DNA of 64,000 bases from Adineta vaga (Eukaryota > Animalia > Rotifera). The stretch spans positions 12,028,001-12,092,000 of the forward strand of contig CP075495.1 of NCBI GenBank assembly GCA_021613535.1. Reading direction: 5' to 3'. Under the pieces are notes generated by a model, which was given only the letters and a program-made list of their open reading frames with translations, was not told where the DNA came from and searched no databases. Position numbers and translations under genes: made by a program. The first letter of the stretch is position 1, and each line of letters begins with the position of its first letter. Positions 1-12,523 of the stretch are shown here, piece after piece.

Positions 1-2058
1 TATAATCTTATCAGAAATAGATTTATCACTTGAAGAATAAAATCATAATCAAATCTATACTGTCTGATAGAAAAAATAATTCTGATACCTGTATTCAACT
101 TTGCTTATTTCTTTTCCTGTTGAGAACTTTTTATGAAACGAGGGATACCTTGATTATGTTAGTTTATTTTTTTTTGTATGAGATTTAGATGACTTTTACA
201 CAGTAAAATATGTCATCTACATCCGTTCAAATGTAGACGGAGCTCTATGTCAATGTCCCTATTACTCTAATGGCACGTGAACGGAAACAATACTATCATC
301 AATAGACTAACATATAGATTTAATTCAGTTGTCTTACGCACAAAACATATGTGCGTGTGATGCATGCGTTAAATCAATTGAACAAATCTTGTATTTCTCA
401 TGAGATTGAACAATAAGCATTCTGTCAACTATCTTTTGACTTTGTTTTTCTTGAGACAATTTGTAAGCACTATAAATAAGTATTCATTTTACTGATCAGA
501 ACAACTTTCAGTAGAATAGAACATGCTCCAGACATTCAGCAATTGTAGCTAAATATATATGCGTGTGTGTCAATATAAAATAATATGCACTAAATAAATC
601 GTAATCTAATAAAGATTATCTTTAGTTATTCGTATTGAAATCTGATTCTAATTTGATGTGATATATGTTTATAAGATGATCGATGAACAAATATTGGTTT
701 ATTCTGTCACCTTACGCTAACATTTCTTGACAGATTTTTCCGGATGGTTAATAAATCGTTTTCTCTTCTTCTTCTCTTTTTCTTTTCCTATAATTTTTCC
801 GCTTTATTTCGCTTATTTAGCTCATTCTTTCTTGATGATTTTTTTTCTAATTTCGAAAAAAAAGTACTCGAGAACGTGAATTATGTTCATACGCTTTGCT
901 TTCTCGCGTGCGGTAGCAGAAACATCAGCAATGGATCTTATTCGCTCATGTCCTGTGTTCTGCGACATGCAATGAAACATGGGAAAAGAGAAAGAGAAGA
1001 CGACGACGATGGAGAAGAAGAAGAAGGGAAAGAAGAAGACGACAATGCTAAAACCGAAGCTATAGCAGAAGAAGAAGAGCTGGCTTGCCAAGCTCGTCAT
1101 CGCCCGCTATGTCGTCTTTTGTGTTATTCTTTCATGCAATAGAGTTTAGTAGCCAGCTATCCTTTTCTTCCTGATGTGACACAGTAAGAAAGAAGAGAGA
1201 CAGAGAAAGCAAAAGATGAAAGGGGAAGAGAAACGTAGAGTGACAAACGGGTAACTAACAGAGTTGTAGAGAGTGAGAGCACAACAAGAAACAACAATCA
1301 TTTTTATTATGATTATAATTTTGTTCGTTTTATATATACACTCCTCGTTGACGGCCTCTTTCTAAGTTTAATATAGTCTTTCGATCTCTTGTCATTACGA
1401 TATTAATGGTAATAATAATATAAATAAGTGAAGTGATAGTGATCTTCTTCTAGAATAGAAGGTTAAAGGACTTGTAAATATAAAAGCATATTAACAAAAA
1501 AAAGCATCAAAAGAAGACGGAGAGAGATGTATATGAAAAAGGAACATTTTTTTCCATTAATCAATTGAACATCGAATAACAGTAAGTGTGAGAGGATGGC
1601 AGCAATTAGCTCTACTGAACATGAATGAAAAAGAGAGAAAAAAAAGGAATGACACTTTTTTTTCACACTAAGTATGTTCAGTAACTTTCAACAAACAGTT
1701 TTTTTTCTTCTTTTCTTCATCTAGTAATTCATAGTTAACTTACATAGTATTATTGGCAATATTTTTCTTTCTATTATCTCTTTTTCATCAGATGTCAACG
1801 ATAGGAATAAAACAGAAGCCAGCTTCATTTGTATTTGTATAAGATCAACAAAAAAAAAAGAAAGAGAAGATGAAGTGAATTCAAGGTATTTATTTCACTA
1901 ATGACTTCCTTTTTTAAAACTTCTGAAAGCAGTTATTCTCATGATTCGCATATTAGCTTTTTTTTCTATCGTTTCTTTTTTTTGTTCATAACATTCTAGA
2001 TGTAAAAGAAAACATCGATTTCATGTTTTAATACTTCATAGAATATTGCTTACTTATC

Positions 2059-4253
2059 ATGATCCGACGACAATACATCTTAATCGTTTTATTTACGGTT
2101 ATATTTCAAATATTTTTCTCACAAACAAATACTCTTTCATTAAATGAAACAAATTCAAATGACCTATCTACGACAACAATATCAACAACGAATAAATGTG
2201 AACCAGCATCGATTGATGAATTTCCACAGTTATTTTTTACGAATGAACAACGTCGTCAAGGTGGAATTATTGTACATATTCTTCTTATTCTCTATTCATT
2301 TGCAGCAATTGAAATTGTTTGCGATGATTATTTTGCTTCAGCACTAGAAAGAATCAGTTATAATTTCAACTTAAAACCGGTATGTATTTCAAGTTAATAA
2401 GATGCCAACATGCAATCTTATATCTATGTATGTATTTGTAATAAAAGGATGTCGCTGGGGCAACTTTTATGGCATTGGCAACATCAGCATCAGAATTTTT
2501 TACATCGATAGTTGGTGTTTTTTTTGTTAAATCGGATATTGCTTGTAAGTTAATTGCACATTTTTCTTCGTCCCAACTAAAAAAAAGGAAAGTCCTTTGA
2601 TACTCGATGCCAAATAATTTACATAAATATATTTAATTATATGCTTGGGTGAAATAACTATAGTCTATTTTATTTAGATACAGACTATAAACTTAGGAAC
2701 ACTATTTTTCTTCTTCTTGATGTATACTGAATAAAATAGAAGTTTTCCCTTTTGATTTGATTAGAAATTAAATTCGAGAGTTTTTTATTTCTTTTTTAGT
2801 GGGTACCATTCTTGGTTCAGCCGTATTCAATATTCTGTTTGTCATTGCCTTATGTGCACTGATATCAACAAGTGTATGTCAAATTGATGGCTATCCAATT
2901 GTTCGAGACGCTGGTTTTTATTGTATTGCCGTTGCTGTTCTATTCATAATTATATATGATCAACGTGTTTATTGGTATGAAGCATTTGCATTAGTTTTAC
3001 TGTATTTTGTATATGTTGGTATATTAAAATTTAATGATCGTTTTTCACGTCTTATGCGTGGCAGCTCAACGAATCAAAAAACAATGACTGGTATTTCAAA
3101 TGAAGAACATCAAGAACAATTACAGTCTTTAAATAATAGTGTAGAATTAGAACAACATCTCTCAGCACGTGCTCGATCTGTTTCCGAATCTGTTATGATG
3201 AATGCAAATACACATTCAATAACAACAACAAACGACATGAACGATATGAAACAACATGTACCTTATAAACCATGTAAAAAACGTCTAAATGAAACAACAC
3301 ATAATCGAAATATAGTTGCTGATGCAACGGAAATTTTTGATCCATTGAAACTACCCACTAAACGATATAAAATCTTTAAATGGATTATAATGTATCCTGT
3401 TCGTTTATTAATGCATATTACCATACCTGATTGTCGAAAAGAAGTTTTTCATAATTATTATATGCTCACATTTGTAATGTCAACTATTTGGGTAAGAAAT
3501 AATTGAGAGTAGAGAGAAAAAAACTAACAACAAGGACATTTCATGTTTTAAAGACCAACAAAGAATTTCCTTTTTTTTTCTATCTAGAGAAGATAATCAA
3601 TGATGAACATAATTGCTTCTCTTTTTTTATTCCAGGTCGCTGGTCTTGCTTATCTTCTCGTATGGCTTGCTGTCATTGTTGGGTATACTTTGAATATACG
3701 AGATAATATTATGGGTTTAACAGTATTAGCATTTGGTTCATCAATAGAAGAAATTTTTTCTGCTATTGTTATGACACGTCGTGGTCATCCAGAAATGGCT
3801 ATTGCAGGTTCTATCGGCTCGAATGTCTTTGATATTTTAATGGGCTTAGGTATTCCATGGTTATTTCGTAATTTAATGCGTTTTACTTATCAACCACCAC
3901 CAATTGAAACAGTATCGATTATGGGTAGTGAGGCTATAACTTCTTTAACAGTTTCTGCAGATTCTGGCAATGGTATAACAGGTGATATGTTAACATCTAT
4001 GAATGACAATGGACCATTTTATGTTGAAATTCACTCTCGAGGTTTAGTTTATTCAACAATCGTTCTTTTCAGTGCACTTATTATATTTCTTCTTACATTC
4101 TTTGTCAATCGATGTCGTTTAACAAAATTTTATGGTGTTTTTCTTATCATTGTTTGGTTGTCTGTCATCACTGTCATGTGCCTATTTGAATTGAATTTTT
4201 TTGGTTTGGTTCATTTTCCAGCGTGTGCAAGTAAAAGCATAAATACTGTTTAG
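2059..4253 (+). CDS. K+-dependent Na+/Ca2+ exchanger (NCKX/SLC24 family), spliced, about 4 coding exons
   Basis: Signal-like N-terminus; 'IVCDDYF'; alpha-1 repeat DVAGATFMA...GTILGSAVFNIL (exon ~2448-2544 spliced to ~2799); alpha-2 repeat MGLTVLAFGSS...GSNVFDIL with the K+-determining Asp. Confidence 0.93.
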
Positions 4254-4323
4254 AATATTTTCTTTCGTTGTTTGTATTGGTATTTTTGTGAAGTAAAATA
4301 ACAGAACAAAAAACAAATCATAT

Positions 4324-5227
4324 TTATTTATTTTCTTTCCAACAAGATGAAATTGTTGATGTGTTGTTGTTGTTGTTATTATTATTATTTTCATCATCTT
4401 CATAAAACTCCTACAAGAAAAATAATTTAATTGAGCATCGATGCTTATATATATATATATATATCGATCGATAGATTCACAAGAGGGAAAATAGAGGAGA
4501 AGAAGAAAAAGAAACGAAAATTACTTTTTTCCATATCGGAATAGTTGCTTTGAGTTGCTCGATAAGAAAGGAAACGGCGTCCAAAACATCACGACGATGA
4601 GGTCCCGAAACATAAATAGCAACGGATGCTTCACTAATGGGCACGTCACTAATACCCAAAATATAAAAGAAAGACGAAATTAAACATTATTGAAAAGAAA
4701 AGAAAATCGCGACTATGTTATTAATCTCTTTTAAGATTGAGAAAATAATTCAACTTGCAATTTCTTATCTTCTTTTTCCTTTTTCTTGATCGATTTACAT
4801 ATTTCTCTTAATCTATTCTTATTACTCAAGTGTCATTAGCACTAATTCCACATTTCCGTGGTGTTCTGTTTCTTTTCTATGAAAAAAGGATATTTTTAAT
4901 CGTGTGCAAACCCTAAACGATGGCAGATGGCTATATGTTTAATATCTGTGAACCGTCGTCGAGCATCATCACATAATCGATGCAGTTCTTGTAAAGCCAT
5001 CGATTCATAAGCTTCATAGAAAAGACGAGTAACTTGACGACCTTCAAAATTATCTCTTGTAATACCTTTTAAAAGAAAAAAAATAAGATAAACTAGTTAA
5101 TAAATAATCTTTTCAAGTATTCTTGCAAACCAATAAATGATGCGACAGCACCACAGGAAGAAGCAAGAACTTGTTTATACAACTCGTCTAATTGAATTGA
5201 TTGAGTTTGAAGATAAATATAATTCAT
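4324..5227 (-). CDS. MOCS2: Molybdopterin synthase catalytic subunit MOCS2B (MoaE family), 4 exons
   Basis: Spliced translation MNYIYLQ...SCGAVASFIG|ITRDNFEGRQVTRLFYEAYESMA...HRLG|DVPISEASVAIYVSGPHRR...LKATIPIWKK|EFYED...WKENK*; these are MoaE motifs. Confidence 0.93.
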
Positions 5228-5237
5228 TTTTTTTTGG

Positions 5238-5647
5238 TTAACCACCACCAAACGGTGGAAGAAGTGCTATTTCGCTCTGTTCAGTAAATTGAATTAAATC
5301 ACTCTCAAGAAGATATTGTTGATTAACAGCCAAACGAAAAGTATTTGTTAACAGAAACGATTTCAATCTGAGAGAAAAGAAGAATAGAAGAGGAAAACGC
5401 TGAAGATTAAGTTTATTACATCGGACGATGTTCAATGATACGATCGAGTATACTTTGTTGAGTATAGGAAATTGAAGAATCAAAATCAAGTTTTTCACTT
5501 GGTACACCAACTAATTCCCGCAATCGACCAAAATAGATTATTGTGACCTTAAAGAAAAGTCACGATTCCTATTCAATTATTTAACTAATCGAAGCAAATT
5601 ATCCGCTAGCATTTCCTTTCTTATATCCTGACCTGTGTTGTTGACAT
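5238..5647 (-). CDS. MOCS2: Molybdopterin synthase sulfur carrier subunit MOCS2A (MoaD/ThiS family), 3 exons
   Basis: MSTTQ|VTIIYFGRLRELVG...|...LAVNQQY...EIALLPPFGGG*; MoaD-type N-terminal motif and C-terminal Gly-Gly. Confidence 0.92.
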
Positions 5648-5880
5648 TGCATTGTTAGAATTTATCTAGAATTAAAAGTCTGTTGGATAAAACAAAACAG
5701 TTTCTATTCAACTATTCAATTTCGCTAGGAATTATTTTCTTTTGATAGGAAAAAAACAAACAAACAAAGAGCTCACACGAAAAATAGATAAAAAAGAAAC
5801 ATCTCTCGACCTTGTTAATTATTGTTCGTGTCGTACTATTTGGACGGAATTTAGAGAAATAAAAACTCGTGATTAATCAA

Positions 5881-6718
5881 TTAAATAATACGTGATATTT
5901 GTTTGTAAGAAAATGTACGTTGATGATTATTTAAAAAGATTAATCGATCAGTTACAAAATGTCTTAATCGACAGAGAAAACGACATGGACTTGTTTCGAT
6001 CAAATACGTCCACCAATTGGAAAATAAATCCGATAGAGTAAATGGCGGATAACCACCTGAAACAAACGAAAAGTATCTCATATAAATCAATAAATATGTT
6101 ACTATCATTACCATTGATATAGAGAGCAAAACAATATCCATCATAATTTTCACCGTTGATACAATAATAATATGGTAGATGTACGCGATATTGAAAATTT
6201 CTTGATTGATAAAATTGTATCGCTTGTTTATTCGAATATAAAACATGTAAATAAACAGCTTTACATGTCACACGTTTGTGTACCATATTCAATAATTGTT
6301 GTAAAAGAATACCGGCTAAACCTTGTCGTCGATATTCTTTCGCAACACCTAAAATCAATATGTAACAAACAGGTGTTGTTAAAGAAAATGATTTATGTAA
6401 AATTGCTTGATCTTCACGATTACAATTGCCTAACGATAGAATATCAGCAACAACTAAACCAATTATCCGTTGTGTATACGTTTCACATGCAGCTAGAGCG
6501 AAATATTTTGAATCATGTGCTATGTCATCATACCATTTATCAGGATATTCAACTGGAAACCAATCACAACAAAGAGTTTTCACTTCAGATTGATCTCCAG
6601 GACGTAAGAAACGAAATGAAACAGATAGATTGCTATTCGGTAAAATATGTAATTGTTCAATAGAGAAAGTATCGGACGTATTCAGGTTGACTGCTATTGA
6701 TTGAGATGATGTTTGCAT
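5881..6718 (-). CDS. NAA60: N-alpha-acetyltransferase 60 (NatF)
   Basis: LCCDWFPVEYPDKWY, YILILGVAKEYRRQGLA, AVYLHVL, LPYYYCI, YING|GYPP; intron at ~6058-6111; C-terminal amphipathic tail. Start codon uncertain. Confidence 0.92.
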
Positions 6719-7002
6719 ACGATGTTTCGAATGTTGATTTTGATTCGAGCAATTTTCAATAGAGTCGTCCGTGACTAAATACATAGAAATAAAAACGTCT
6801 GAATTATTAATTCACTTACTTGATAGTTTTATAGATTCCTGGAAAATGACGATAATTCGTCGATGATCATCTAAACTAGAAAAAATAAATCAAATATAAT
6901 TCGATGTAAAAGAAATTTTGAATTTTCTAATCTATTTTCATAGTTTAATATACAAAATACAAAAAAAAAGAAATTACATTGATTGACGAAAATAATATCT
7001 GA

Positions 7003-7571
7003 CTAGTTAGCATCAATATGAGTTATCATTGGTAATCGATCACCCGAAAAAAATCGTATTGTCATTGTCGAATTTACACGTTCCATTTCTTGTCCAAATA
7101 CTTTTAAACGTTCATTAAAATCTGTTTGAAGTTGACGTTTTTCGACATCAGTTTGACATTTGTTTCGTCGTGATAATAATTCTCCTGCAGTCATTCGAAG
7201 ACGTTGATTAAGATAATCAGGTGCCAATCGTACTTTGATACAATCACTACCATCATTGATTAAAACTTCTAATTCAAATTCATTTTTAACAACACGTGGA
7301 TTAGCTACCATGGTTGAAAAAGATCCTTTGATAAGAAAATCTTGAAAATCAATAATTGAAGATAAATTTTCTCGTCGAATAATAGATATGTATGTATAAG
7401 GTAGACAGATTTTAATAGTTGGTACAGATGGTTGAACAACAGGATCTGAAGGAAATAGATCATCGTAGGAAAATGATGGAGCAAAGTTTATGTGAGATGA
7501 ACGAGTTTCTTCAACATCTGAAATTAATATAAGTTCTTCAAAATCATCGAATGTGGATGAAATTTGATTAT

Positions 7572-7603
<32 letters not shown>

Positions 7604-8799
7604 GCTGTTGTCAGAGTCGTAGAATAGGATGAAGGTGGATTATAATCAATAGAATTTGATGCCAAATGACTATCATCGTGAATGACACCATCTGCATAAG
7701 CTTGACGAATGAAATCATCCATTTCATCTTCATTTTCATTTCCATGAGACAACTAAAAACATCAGTGATAGAATAGAAGTTAAATAGTTTAATGATAAAG
7801 ATAACGAACCGCTTGATTTGTTTGTATATCAGGTACTGTTGTAGTTGAATTATCTAAACTAATTTGTATATGAACTTTTGTATTTAATCGATTAAATCGT
7901 ATTCGACTTTCATCTAAATGTGACGCTGTTTTTGATCTAAAATATGACAAGCATCACATAATTTGATTAGTTTCATTGATTGAACTTACAATGATGTTAA
8001 TGCTGTTTCGAGCGATGAATTTTTCTCAAATAAATTTTCAGCATAACCACCAAGTATTTGTGTATTTTTCGATGTTAACAGTAACATACCACGACGAAAA
8101 ATGACCGGACCAGAAACAAGAATCTATAGAAAAGAAATCAAATCTTCTCAAAACATTGATAAAATTTACTTTTGCACCAGGTAATATTGTATCTCGGTCA
8201 AGACCATTGATTGATTCATACTCTAATCCTCGAAGAATCGTTTTTCCATCCGTTAAGTCCAAATAGAGAACACGTTTCGGTGGTGGTGGCTAAATATTAA
8301 ACCACATCTTTTTCTTCATTCTGTTAGTCTTCAAAATTACTGCGTAATAATCAGACACACTTACTCACTTTCCATTGTTGAGTTTCTGTTATATCTGTAT
8401 CAATTCGTTCATTATCATTTTGATCACCATGTATATCCATAACTTGACTATAATAAGGTTCTGATATACATAAGATACTATTGATCTATACCATAACAAA
8501 TGGATTTATTTTGTTTTTACAAATACGAAAAGAATTACTTGTAGTGCATATTTTCCAGATAATTGAACTTTTTTCGCATTTAAATCTAAATCATTAGGTA
8601 AACAAGAAGCATCAGCAATCAAAGCAATATCTGTATGAAGCCATTGATTATAAATTTTTTCCAAAGTATAACTATTTGTTAAATCAGCTAATTGAAATTG
8701 ATCACGTAACCAAACTAAACATGCTTGAAGCCATATTGATGGTACATCGAATGAATATTTTGAACGAAATGCACGACGAACATTATCAGTAACATTCAT
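7003..8799 (-). CDS. RMI1: RecQ-mediated genome instability protein 1 (BTR complex), multi-exon
   Basis: N-terminal WLQACLVW...QWLHTDI; OB fold with RVLYLDLTDG...GLEYE..LPGAK; C-terminal PYTYIS...INDGS OB domain. Confidence 0.9.
7570..7610 (-). repeat. (ACA)n trinucleotide repeat encoding poly-Thr in RMI1
   Basis: ttgttgttg... run on the + strand; TTATTTTTTTTTT in translation. Confidence 0.8.
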
Positions 8800-9157
8800 G
8801 ATACTAAAATATTGAGAGAATCGGGGTTTTTTTTGTATGTTTTGTTATTAACATGAATAGGTTTATTTTTGTCAAATAGATTAGAATATACAAGAAGAAG
8901 AAGAAGAAAAACAATTTAAAATGTACGTTTTTTAAAAGAAAACAATAACCAAGAAAACAATGTAAATTCAATGGTTTAATTACTGCGTGATAGAGTTCTT
9001 GAAAAATAGAATTTCTTTTACATTCAATAATCATGGCAAAGTATATATATGACTGTATAGTGTTAAGAATAAAAGCAATTGATTTGTATTGATAAAGGAT
9101 CTGACAAGACGAAAATTTCTTCGATCAATTTTAGCATTTGGTTTTCTTTTGAATCAT

Positions 9158-11256
9158 TCAAGAAATTGGACGTTGTTCACCATACATAATTAAACGTTCG
9201 GGTTCATTAATAAGTTCATCATCATGATCTCGATGTTGACCATGAAATGTTCCGATACCACCACTTAATTGACCGCTTGTTAAAACATTACCTTGATCTC
9301 TTGTTATAGGTTGACTGAAATTAGTTAATGCTAATAAAGCAGAATTATCTGCATCATCAAGTCGACCAATACCGGATGCATCTAACGCTACTGCTAATGA
9401 TGTATGTCCAACATACGGTGTACGATCGATGGAAGTCATCAATGATGTTGATTCAATATTTGATTCATCTTCTTCACTGATCGATGTAATACGATGTTGA
9501 CGTAAATATGAAAAAGTTGTTGGTGAATAACGATGTAAATCGCCAAATTGTTGTTGTTGATATAAATAATTTGATGGAAGTGGATGACCAGTAGTTACAC
9601 CGCAATAATCACGTAAAGAATTAACTTGTGTTGTTAACATATTCATACCAGCACGCATTAAATTACCTGGATTACGTAGTGAAGATACTGTTTGTACACG
9701 CATTGTATTTAAACGTTGTTGACTGGATTCACGAAATGAATGTAGATAAGCAGCTGAACTAGAATATTCGAGAAATTTTCGATTTACATCAATCTGTTTT
9801 TTTTTTATTGAATAAAAGAAAACTTTACGTTTCAGCAGCTTGTCGAATTGTTCCACCAGCATGTTGTACACCATAATTGAATAATTCTGTTGCGCGACCC
9901 ATTGTTTGTCCCATATGTTCACTGACTTGTTGAACACCCAATCGAAGTTTATCACGTACTTGTTCAAGTGTACCACTAATATTGGCTGCTGCCAATGACA
10001 ACCATTGATTTAATTCAAAATTTGGTGGAGTACGTGCAGCACTATTAGGTGCCATAGTTGGATAAATCGGTGGCGTTTTTAAATGATCACCATTGTAATA
10101 TGTACGCTTTAATGTTATACACAATGCACCAGCTACAAGTGCCATAAAAAGTCCGAAACTCATCGTATAGATAAGTTGCCATAGAGCACGATTTTTGACA
10201 TGACTTTCAATATCAAAATTAAATTCATAAGTATATATTCCAAGCATATTTACACCAGAACATGATATACGATTTTGTAAAGCAGCACGTGCTTGTGTGA
10301 CTGATAATTGATTTTCATTAAATGCATGTAATGTATGTTCAGTTCGTGCTGTTAATGGACCAGCTAATGCTGTTATTGTCACATATATTGAATCATCATT
10401 ATGATTAAATGATAATAAATCGATATTAGTTGAATTCATCGATGTTAAATTACCAAAAGGTGTTGACCAAATGATGATCGGTGGTGGTTGTGCATTTATA
10501 GGACAGATCAAAGTAAAAGTTGAAAAACGATAATATGATTGTAAGGAAGTCTGAATAAGATGTGGATCGTAATATGGTGCCATACAATTATTATTTTCAC
10601 TCTAAATTATATAAAAACGAACTTATTTTGATTGATCATCAATTTCATAGACTTACGGCTCTTTGTGGAATATTCGTAGCTTTTTCACATATAATTCGAT
10701 ATTTTTCCATTGTACATTGACAATCAAGTGGATTATAATCCAATTTAATATTTCTATCAATTAATAATTCAGGTAGAATACGTTTAATTCGATTATGTCT
10801 TAAATCAATTTCTTTTAAATTTTGAACATGAATAAAAATTCGTGCATCAAGAATTGTTAATCGATTATTAGCTAATGAAATTTGTTCTAATGCATCTGGT
10901 AAAACAATTGTATCTGAATTAAATTGTTCCAAATTATTTGATTCAAGTATCAATTGACGAAGATTTGATATTGTACGTAATTTCGACGTAAATATCATCG
11001 ATTGAAATTCATTTCGACTTGCATTTAATAAACGAAGTGTCAATGGATAAGTATCAATTTTCAATGTATGTAATCGATGATTGATAAGAAAGAAATTTTC
11101 AAGATATGGATGATTTAAAATACTTTGATAAGTAATATTATTTGATTTAAAATGTGCATCACATATCCATGTTGATGATAATGTTGAATAACATTGACTG
11201 TTAACAACAAGTGGAATGATGTTGATGAAATAGAAAAAAACATAATGAATAAACAT
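9158..11256 (-). CDS. Single-pass LRR + Ig-like transmembrane protein (IGLR-2/LIG-like), about 3 exons
   Basis: Signal peptide; LRRs (LRQLILESNNL, LKEIDLRHNRI); LRRCT (NPLDCQC); Ig-like C..W..C; TM helix; cytoplasmic tail with LEQVRDKLR...QVNSLRDYCG. Confidence 0.82.
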
Positions 11257-11281
11257 CTGAAAAAGAACAAAACAAAGATAT

Positions 11282-11689
11282 TTAAGTTGATTTCAATGAA
11301 ATCAATTCAAGTTTTATTTTTAATAAAATTTCATCAAATTGTATTCGTAATCGTTTCAAAGTTTCAATCTGTTGTTCTTCATTGATTTCATCTGGACTTT
11401 TCAATTGAGTTAATGTCAATTGAAATTCATTTTCGAATTGTTCAAGTTCTTTTCTCAAGAGTAAATTCGAAAAATTTCGTAAACGTAAACGTTCTTTTTC
11501 ATAATTATAATCATAGACTAATGAGTTTATCAATGAATAACCACGAATAAATCCATTTTCAAATGCATCTTGTTCGCTCGATTCCAATCCTTCACGAAAA
11601 CCATCTCTATATCGAAGACTTTCAATCAATTGAACATCATGACGAGCAACAGTAAGATCATCACCTGTCTCATCAAATATATCATCCAT
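11282..11689 (-). CDS. YAE1: YAE1 homolog (Fe-S maturation factor of ABCE1), intronless
   Basis: DIFDE... followed by deca-GX3-like DGFREGLESSEQDAFENGFIRGY, resembling Yae1_N. Confidence 0.8.
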   Translation of the reverse strand: MDDIFDETGDDLTVARHDVQLIESLRYRDGFREGLESSEQDAFENGFIRGYSLINSLVYDYNYEKERLRLRNFSNLLLRKELEQFENEFQLTLTQLKSPDEINEEQQIETLKRLRIQFDEILLKIKLELISLKST

Positions 11690-11747
11690 ATCTGAAATTG
11701 AAAAAAGAACGATGAATATATTCGATGTGTTTTGTTTTTCTCAATTT

Positions 11748-12290
11748 CTAAGAAAAATAATCTTGTAAAAATAATTTGGCCATATTTGATAAACGATTAT
11801 CTTTTGATTGTGAATATCTTTCAATACATTGTCGTATTTCAATTCGTTGTTCTAAATCATGTTTTAATTGTTGATTAAAATCACACAGAAACATTAATGT
11901 TAATATGGAATTTAGAACAATATCGAAACGATTGGAAAATAGACATTTGATTAAAATTGTTGTAATTGAAGGATTTTTTACTAATATTAATTGATTATTC
12001 GTTTGATCAGAACTAAGATTACATAGAGCAGCTAATGCATAATGTACAAAATCATCATCTGTATGCATTTTCAAACAATCAAGTAATAAATCAATGATAT
12101 TTAATTGTCGTAAATGATGATAATTGATAGGATCATAGGAAAAATTAGCAAAATTGGCAAGAATTTGAAGTTTATTTTCATTATTTGTTGATATTTGTTC
12201 ATATTCATTCAATAATTGTTTCAAATATTCCAAACGTCCAACACCAAAACGACCTGTTCGACGTTGTAATGATTTTGGTGTACTAAACAT
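11748..12290 (-). CDS. ARMC7: Armadillo repeat-containing protein 7, intronless
   Basis: GRLEYLKQLLNEY...QILANFANFSYDPINY..LRQLNIIDL. The ATG at 12290 follows an AG acceptor. Confidence 0.9.
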   Translation of the reverse strand: MFSTPKSLQRRTGRFGVGRLEYLKQLLNEYEQISTNNENKLQILANFANFSYDPINYHHLRQLNIIDLLLDCLKMHTDDDFVHYALAALCNLSSDQTNNQLILVKNPSITTILIKCLFSNRFDIVLNSILTLMFLCDFNQQLKHDLEQRIEIRQCIERYSQSKDNRLSNMAKLFLQDYFS

Positions 12291-12523
12291 ATCAATATAT
12301 CTATTACAAAAACAAAAGAAAATTTTCTGAATCAATATTTCTAAATTGAAACAAATAAGAATTCCGTGTAGACTTGACTACAAAAAACAAAGTATTGAGA
12401 TTATTTTTATTGCAAAAAAAAATTGTGACACAAAAAAATGGGGATGAAGGAACAGAGAGAAAATATTTGCAGCACCGTTGACATCTGACAAATGCTGAAG
12501 AATAGAAATAATAAATATAGAAA

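Noticed and set aside
744-1142. Overlapping ORFs 744-1142 (+) and 822-1100 (-)
   Set aside because: Low-complexity GA/CT-rich sequence typical of UTR/promoter regions; no recognisable domain.
6172-6663. 163-aa + strand ORF
   Set aside because: Antisense shadow of NAA60 with no recognisable features.
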